64,000 bases of DNA from Acutalibacteraceae bacterium (GTDB lineage Bacteria > Bacillota > Clostridia > Oscillospirales > Acutalibacteraceae): NCBI GenBank assembly GCA_045642125.1, contig JAZUIE010000012.1, positions 5,151 to 69,150 on the forward strand, in the 5' to 3' direction. Positions 59,046 to 64,000 of the stretch are shown piece after piece (positions within the stretch are counted from its first letter, which is position 1; each line of letters begins with the position of its first letter). Position numbers and translations under genes: made by a program. The notes under the pieces are model-generated. The model worked only from the letters and a program-made list of their open reading frames with translations, did not search any database and was not told where the DNA came from.

Positions 59046-60743
59046 TTAATGCTTGTTATTTATGAGATACTGTCTGAACTCACTTTGCTCAAGCGGTTTT
59101 GAAAAATAATAGCCCTGAATATAATCACAGCCGAAAGCTTTGAGTATTTCAAACTGTTCTTTGGTTTCAACACCCTCTGCAACTGTCTTATGTCCCAAAG
59201 CGTGAGCGAGGGAAATTATCATTTTAACTATTTCTTTTTGCTTTTCTATATTGCGGACGAAACTCATATCAAGCTTAATAATATCCGTAGGAATATCACG
59301 AAGTGTGCCGAGCGAAGACTGTCCCGAGCCGAAATCGTCAAGCTCTATTTTTATACCTATATTACGAACGGCCTTAACCTTTTCGAGAATAACGCTGTCG
59401 TTTACACTTGCCGATTCGGTTATTTCAATATGAAGAAGCTTTGTATCTATGCCGTTTTTGTCGGCGGGGAGTAAAAGCGTGTCGGGAGTATCAAGGGAAA
59501 GCAAGTCTCTCCTTGATGCGTTAACCGAAACAGGAACAGGTTTTATTCCATCGTCTATCCAGCTTTTTATATCTTCGCATACCTTATTCCAAACATATAA
59601 ATCAAGCTTTGTTATAAAACCGTTTTCTTCAAAAAGTGGTATAAAATCGGCAGGTGATAAAAAGCCGTATTCGGGATGTATCCACCTTACAAGTGCTTCC
59701 GCACCCGAAATTTCGCCTGTTTTTGCATCGTGCTTAGGCTGGTAATATACCGAAAACTGATTTTCTTTGAGCGCATCTTTCATACAGTCTTCTATTTTTT
59801 TGAGATGCTTGGCTTTTTCTGCCATTTCGTTGCTGTAAAATGCGAGTTGCATATCATAACGGCGTTTTACCGTTTTCATTGTTGCCGAAAGTCTTTCGCA
59901 TAAAGCCGCAACGGGAACAGATATATCGACATCGGTATATACGGCAAATTTAAGGACGAAGTTATTTATCGGAGCGTTTTCGTGAATTTTCTCATTATAT
60001 ACCACGACTTCGTCTTTTACATCGGAATCACTGTGAACCCGCATAAGAATAAATCTGTCGCCGATATAACGGCAGGACATCAGCGCACCGAAATTACAAA
60101 CCGAAATAACATTTCCGATATGTTTTAACAGCTTTTCGCCCCTTGCAACGCCGTAAAGCTCGTTTATATAAGAAAAGTCTTCAACATTTATCATTAACAT
60201 ATCAAACTTTTCGGTTTTGTTTTCGTCAGCATATCGCTCAAAATGGTGAATAAACGCATCTTTGGTATAAAGTCCCGAAACGGGGTCGACTTCGACCGCT
60301 TTAAGGGTTGCCATAGATTCGCTTAACCGTATTATTGCCTCTATCCGCCTTATGATTATTTTGGAATTATAAGGCTTAGTGACAAAATCAGAAGCACCCA
60401 AAGCAAGACATCTTTCTTCGTCTTCCGAAACGGTGCTGCCCGTTATTACGATTACGGGGACTGATGCTAATAATTCGTCCTTTCTTTGTTGCTCTAAGAA
60501 CTCATAGCCGTTCATATTCGGCATCTGAACATCGAGCAAAACAAGGGACAAATCACGGTAGCCTTCCTTTAGCTTTTTCAGTCCTTCAACACCGTCTGCC
60601 GCTTCGGTGATTTCATATTTGTCTTCTAAAATGGTTTTAAGCATTTGACGGTTTATATCGTTGTCTTCAACTATCAAAATGCCCCGTTTCTTTTGGGCGA
60701 CATAGGTTTCAAATTTATTTACCATGTTTCTTCTCCGCAACAC
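59046..60743 (-). CDS. Response regulator with GGDEF-like and EAL domains
   Basis: Receiver LVLLDVQMPNMNGYEF, and EAL-domain motifs GAEALVRW and ELDDFGSGQSSL. The central GGDEF-like region looks degenerate. Confidence 0.85.
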   Translation of the reverse strand: MLRRRNMVNKFETYVAQKKRGILIVEDNDINRQMLKTILEDKYEITEAADGVEGLKKLKEGYRDLSLVLLDVQMPNMNGYEFLEQQRKDELLASVPVIVITGSTVSEDEERCLALGASDFVTKPYNSKIIIRRIEAIIRLSESMATLKAVEVDPVSGLYTKDAFIHHFERYADENKTEKFDMLMINVEDFSYINELYGVARGEKLLKHIGNVISVCNFGALMSCRYIGDRFILMRVHSDSDVKDEVVVYNEKIHENAPINNFVLKFAVYTDVDISVPVAALCERLSATMKTVKRRYDMQLAFYSNEMAEKAKHLKKIEDCMKDALKENQFSVYYQPKHDAKTGEISGAEALVRWIHPEYGFLSPADFIPLFEENGFITKLDLYVWNKVCEDIKSWIDDGIKPVPVSVNASRRDLLSLDTPDTLLLPADKNGIDTKLLHIEITESASVNDSVILEKVKAVRNIGIKIELDDFGSGQSSLGTLRDIPTDIIKLDMSFVRNIEKQKEIVKMIISLAHALGHKTVAEGVETKEQFEILKAFGCDYIQGYYFSKPLEQSEFRQYLINNKH

Positions 60744-60752
60744 ACAATTATA

Positions 60753-62669
60753 TCAGTCAACTAAAAGCCTTTTAATTTCCGACACGAGAACCGGAAAGTC
60801 AATCGGTTTGGTTGTATGGGCATTAAAACCTGCTTCAATTGCTTTTATTTTGTCTTCGTCAAAGGCATTTGCCGTCATAGCAACAATGGGAATTTTAGCC
60901 GCATCGGTATGACCTGATGCTCTTATGGCCTTTGCCGCTTCATATCCGTTCATATTCGGCATCATAATGTCCATAAGGATAACATCAAATGTACCCTTAT
61001 CGCTGTTTACAAACATTTCGTAGGCGATTTTGCCGTCCTCTGCCGTTTTGACACTTGCTCCGGCGTCTTCCAAAAGTGCAACGGCTATTTCCATATTAAG
61101 CTCATTGTCTTCTGCAAGAAGTATTTTCAGTCCGTCAAGACTGTTGCCCGAAACGGTTTCTTTTTTCTTTTCATATAACGGCTTTTCGGAATTATCGACT
61201 TGGAGAGAAAGGTTTACCGTAAATTTGCTTCCTTGCCCCTTAACACTTTCAATGGCAATATTTCCGCCCATAAGCTCTATAAACTGTTTTGATATGGACA
61301 TTCCGAGCCCCGTTCCGGTGTAATTCGCTCTACTGCCGTTGTTTTCTTGAGAAAACGGCTCGAAAATATGCTCGATAAATTCCTCGCTCATTCCGATACC
61401 CGTATCTTTAATAACGAACATTATTTGAGCCTTGCCGTCCGCATATCCCGTTTCAACTGCACTGAAATCGATGGTTCCGCCATCGGGAGTGAACTTTACG
61501 GCATTGCCCAAAATATTTATAAGCACCTGTCTTAAATGCAGAACATCAACAAAAACTCTCGTGTGGTCAACACGTATTTCGCAATTAAAATTGATGCCTT
61601 TTTCTTCAATTTGGCTCTTTACTATTGAATAGCAGTTATCGACAACTATTGCAATATCCGTGGCATCGTTTGATATAACGACTCTGCCGCTTTCTATCCG
61701 GCTCATGTCAAGAACATCGTTTACAAGGGAAAGCAAGTGGTTTGATGCCGTATCAATTTTATCTATATAATTTGCAACAGCCTCGTTCATTTCTTCCTTT
61801 CTTGCAAGTGTTACCATACCCATAATACCGTTTATCGGAGTTCTTATATCGTGGGACATATTTGCAAGAAATACACTTTTTGCGGAGTTTGCAGACTCCG
61901 CTTTTTCGAGCGCTTCCTCTATTTTGGCATGAGATTTTTCCGCTTCCTTTGCCTCATATACTGCGGCAAGATGCGCTTCCCGTTGTTTCGTAACATTAAA
62001 AGCATACATGGTTACGGCGGTAATCAAAAAGCCGAGAGAATAAAACGGGCCGTCAGGATAAAGCATCTGAAGAAATCCGAATGCCAAAGGCAAAGCGGAA
62101 AAAATAAGTGCCGTGCGGTAGGTATAAAGCCTTTCGGTTTTTCTCGAAAGAATCATTGATATAAGCGAAAAAACGATAATCGGAATATAATGGCAAAACT
62201 GAAGATAAAAAGAAACGGGACGCAAAAAGTTCGAGTGGTACACCGCATTTTCGTCAATGGTAAAGAAATATCCCGTTTTAAGATTTTGCAAAACGAGTGA
62301 TAGTTGCGCTACTATCAAAGTATAGCGAAGACAGGTAAAGAAAATTCGCCAACCTTTATGTAGTTTAAGGGTTGAAAGAACGTATAACGAGCATACAAAA
62401 GAAGCAAAAGCCGCCATAAAATGAAAGCCGTAGGTTGAGATAACATAAGCCGTACGGTTTTGACCTAAATAGGGTGTGCCGATAATTCCCCATGCCGAAT
62501 CAACAAGACAAAAGATAATGAAAAATCTCAGCGCATGGCAAAAATTGCGGTCAACGGTTTCCTTAAATTCCGTTGCCTTAACACGGTTTAGTACTATTGC
62601 GATTATTCCGGCACAAATAGCTCCTACATAGGCGTACAATAAATAGACATCCATTTTAAGTGTCAGCAT
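60753..62669 (-). CDS. Hybrid sensor histidine kinase/response regulator with N-terminal 7-TM sensor
   Basis: H-box MSHDIRTPINGIMG, N/G boxes NILGNAVKFT and GTGLGMSISKQFIELMGG, and C-terminal receiver ILMDIMMPNMNGYEA. Confidence 0.88.
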   Translation of the reverse strand: MLTLKMDVYLLYAYVGAICAGIIAIVLNRVKATEFKETVDRNFCHALRFFIIFCLVDSAWGIIGTPYLGQNRTAYVISTYGFHFMAAFASFVCSLYVLSTLKLHKGWRIFFTCLRYTLIVAQLSLVLQNLKTGYFFTIDENAVYHSNFLRPVSFYLQFCHYIPIIVFSLISMILSRKTERLYTYRTALIFSALPLAFGFLQMLYPDGPFYSLGFLITAVTMYAFNVTKQREAHLAAVYEAKEAEKSHAKIEEALEKAESANSAKSVFLANMSHDIRTPINGIMGMVTLARKEEMNEAVANYIDKIDTASNHLLSLVNDVLDMSRIESGRVVISNDATDIAIVVDNCYSIVKSQIEEKGINFNCEIRVDHTRVFVDVLHLRQVLINILGNAVKFTPDGGTIDFSAVETGYADGKAQIMFVIKDTGIGMSEEFIEHIFEPFSQENNGSRANYTGTGLGMSISKQFIELMGGNIAIESVKGQGSKFTVNLSLQVDNSEKPLYEKKKETVSGNSLDGLKILLAEDNELNMEIAVALLEDAGASVKTAEDGKIAYEMFVNSDKGTFDVILMDIMMPNMNGYEAAKAIRASGHTDAAKIPIVAMTANAFDEDKIKAIEAGFNAHTTKPIDFPVLVSEIKRLLVD

Positions 62670-62704
62670 TTTTTCACCCCTTAAAATACACTTTTCCTAT
62701 TTAC

Positions 62705-62732
62705 ATTATAACAAATATTCACAAAATGTAAA
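62705..62732 (-). promoter_or_regulatory. Sigma-A-type promoter of the kinase operon
   Basis: On the minus strand: TTTACA, 16-nt spacer, TATAAT. Confidence 0.5.
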
Positions 62733-62871
62733 GACAGATTAGTAATATTGACAGCGCCTAAAATTATACCGTAAAGCAAAACAAATTTACTTATAGAACT
62801 GCCGAAACAATAAACTAAACCGCCGAACAGTTTTCATTGATAGGTAAAAGGTAAGAGGTAAGAAGAAAATC

Positions 62872-62990
62872 AAGGCGCAAGCCTTGTATGTAATCAATCC
62901 GAAGGACATACACGCCGGCATACGATGCCATACAGCTTCGCTGACTACATACGCCTTACGGCGATTACATACCAATCCTTCGGACCGGAT
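62872..62990. repeat. Array of short GC-rich hairpins punctuated by CATAC pentamers
   Basis: CATAC occurs at 62907, 62919, 62929, 62948 and 62968, and its complement GTATG at 62886. Hairpins: AAGGC-GCAA-GCCTT, TCC-GAA-GGA, GGCAT-ACG-ATGCC, CAGC-TTC-GCTG, CGCC-TTAC-GGCG, TCC-TTC-GGA. Confidence 0.5.
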
Positions 62991-63023
62991 AAAAAATCCT
63001 CGTTCCGAAGAACGAGGATTTTT
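62990..63023. terminator. Bidirectional terminator downstream of tRNA-Cys
   Basis: AAAAAATCCTCGTTC-CGAA-GAACGAGGATTTTTT. Confidence 0.7.
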
Positions 63024-63097
63024 TGGAGGCACCACCCAGATTCGAACTGGGGATAAAGGCTTTGCAGGCCCGCGCCTTACCACTTGGCCATGGTGCC
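63024..63097 (-). tRNA. tRNA-Cys (anticodon GCA)
   Basis: Reverse complement is GGCACCATGGCCAAGTGGTAAGGCGCGGGCCTGCAAAGCCTTTATCCCCAGTTCGAATCTGGGTGGTGCCTCCA. Acceptor GGCACCA/TGGTGCC, anticodon loop CTGCAAA, T arm CCCAG-TTCGAAT-CTGGG. Confidence 0.88.
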
Positions 63098-63152
63098 GAA
63101 TATGTAATTTTTAGTTTATTAAAGGGCACTTAAAAGACTTTTAAGTGCCCTA

Positions 63153-63228
63153 TGGAGCGGATTACGTGGCTCGAACTCGCTACCTCAACCTTGGCAAGGT
63201 TGCGCTCTACCAGATGAGCTAAATCCGC
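63153..63228 (-). tRNA. tRNA-Gly (anticodon GCC)
   Basis: Acceptor GCGGATT/AATCCGC and anticodon arm CAACC-TTGCCAA-GGTTG. By my reading the T stem carries one A-A mismatch. Confidence 0.85.
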
Positions 63229-63231
63229 AGA

Positions 63232-63307
63232 TGGTGCCTCCGGTCGGAATCGAACCAACGACACGGGGATTTTCAGTCCCCTGCTCTACCGACTGAGCTA
63301 CAGAGGC
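63232..63307 (-). tRNA. tRNA-Phe (anticodon GAA)
   Basis: Acceptor GCCTCTG/CGGAGGC, anticodon arm GGGGA-CTGAAAA-TCCCC, T arm GTTGG-TTCGATT-CCGAC. Confidence 0.92.
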
Positions 63308-63310
63308 AAA

Positions 63311-63387
63311 TGGCGACCTGGATGGGGATCGAACCCACGACCTCTAGCGTGACAGGCTAGCGTTCTAACCAGCTGAACTACCAGGCC
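63311..63387 (-). tRNA. tRNA-Asp (anticodon GUC)
   Basis: Acceptor GGCCTGG/CCAGGTC, anticodon arm CTAGC-CTGTCAC-GCTAG, T arm GTGGG-TTCGATC-CCCAT. Confidence 0.92.
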
Positions 63388-63390
63388 AAA

Positions 63391-63466
63391 TGGTGGGAAC
63401 AATAGGGCTCGAACCTATGACCCTCTGCTTGTAAGGCAGATGCTCTCCCAGCTGAGCTATGCTCCC
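63391..63466 (-). tRNA. tRNA-Val (anticodon UAC)
   Basis: Acceptor GGGAGCA/TGTTCCC, anticodon arm TCTGC-CTTACAA-GCAGA, T arm ATAGG-TTCGAGC-CCTAT. Confidence 0.92.
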
Positions 63467-63548
63467 ACATGTAGCCAAGTTCGCTTAAAACTCACCGGCG
63501 ACAAATAGCATTCTATCACAACAAAAAATAAAAGTCAAGCATTTTTTG

Positions 63549-64000
63549 TTATTTTTTTGTTTTGTTTTGACTGCAAACGGCAGTTAAGCAGTATACATTT
63601 TGGGCACCCGACAAAAGAAGCTGTTTTGCGCAGAAACTCAGTGTTGCTCCGCTTGTTTTAATATCGTCAACAAGCAAGACATTTTTTGCCCTTAGAGTCT
63701 TTTTGTGATAAAATTTATCTTTTGCATACAAAAACCGTTCGGCATAGGTCTTGTTGTGTTGATTTGAGCCTTTGCTTTTAGCGCCCAAAACATTTTTAAC
63801 AAGCGGAATATCCTTGTTTTTTGAAACACCTTTTGCTAAAAGATATGAATGATTAAAGCCGTTTAGCACAAATTCCTTTTTTGACGGCGAGACAAAGGTC
63901 ACATAATCGAAAGCAATATCTTTGTATTCCTTATTAAATGTTTCGGTCATATAAAAGGTCAAATAATTTGCATAATGCATTTTATTTGAAAGCTTGTAAG
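63549..64000 (-). CDS. comFC: ComF-family phosphoribosyltransferase-domain protein (N-terminus beyond window edge)
   Basis: C-terminal PRTase motif VLLVDDIKTSGATL. The frame stays open from 63980 to the window end. Confidence 0.72.
   Translation of the reverse strand, partial: YKLSNKMHYANYLTFYMTETFNKEYKDIAFDYVTFVSPSKKEFVLNGFNHSYLLAKGVSKNKDIPLVKNVLGAKSKGSNQHNKTYAERFLYAKDKFYHKKTLRAKNVLLVDDIKTSGATLSFCAKQLLLSGAQNVYCLTAVCSQNKTKK

Noticed and set aside
62787-63114. ORFs 62787-63083(-) and 62884-63114(+).
   Set aside because: They overlap tRNA-Cys, its terminator and the hairpin array, and have no coding features.
1-64000. CRISPR arrays, rRNA genes, IS elements/transposases, integrases, and reverse transcriptases (retron, DGR or group II).
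   Set aside because: No regularly spaced repeat-spacer array, no rRNA-like sequence, and no ORF with recognisable transposase, integrase or RT motifs was seen in any frame of the track.

Overview
This 64-kb window is chromosomal and comes from a low-GC Gram-positive, Clostridia-like genome; that assignment is inferred from gene order and content. All calls come from reading the sequence and the ORF translations by eye, with no database, HMM or folding program. The minus strand from 1 to 7977 carries gyrA (5' part, running off the edge), gyrB, remB/DUF370, recF, yaaA (S4), dnaN and dnaA, followed by an AT-rich putative oriC segment. Moving right, the window then contains:
- tRNA-Pro.
- A ten-gene minus-strand operon: small strongly expressed protein, ABC exporter, acyltransferase, HPr-kinase-like protein, S24/S26 peptidase, PqqD, nucleotidyltransferase, CotH kinase, VTC and DUF4956.
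- Two tRNA-Ser genes.
- A G+C-rich islet of about 2.9 kb with three uncharacterised plus-strand genes.
- An HTH-Fic gene and a UPF0210/ACT pair.
- A head-only phage remnant: truncated terS, terL, scaffold-like gene, capsid, portal and two unknowns.
- A mazF with no antitoxin.
- EPS and cohesin-like genes.
- A GlpA-like FAD-oxidoreductase cluster with a DeoR regulator.
- A GntR/ABC operon and a sugar ABC/malQ operon.
- ddh and an adenosine-deaminase-family gene.
- A hybrid-kinase/Hpt/GGDEF-EAL phosphorelay.
- A five-tRNA cluster and partial comFC.

I saw no rRNA, CRISPR array, transposase or integrase. The most unusual signal is a two-copy structured element of about 115 nt (8249-8362 and 18321-18434). 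Each copy is fused to a duplicated leader plus a truncated 5' portion of the tRNA gene lying just downstream (tRNA-Pro UGG and tRNA-Ser GCU). The two copies align without gaps, differ almost only in loops, and carry three compensatory base-pair changes in one helix. I cannot assign this element to any RNA family I know.
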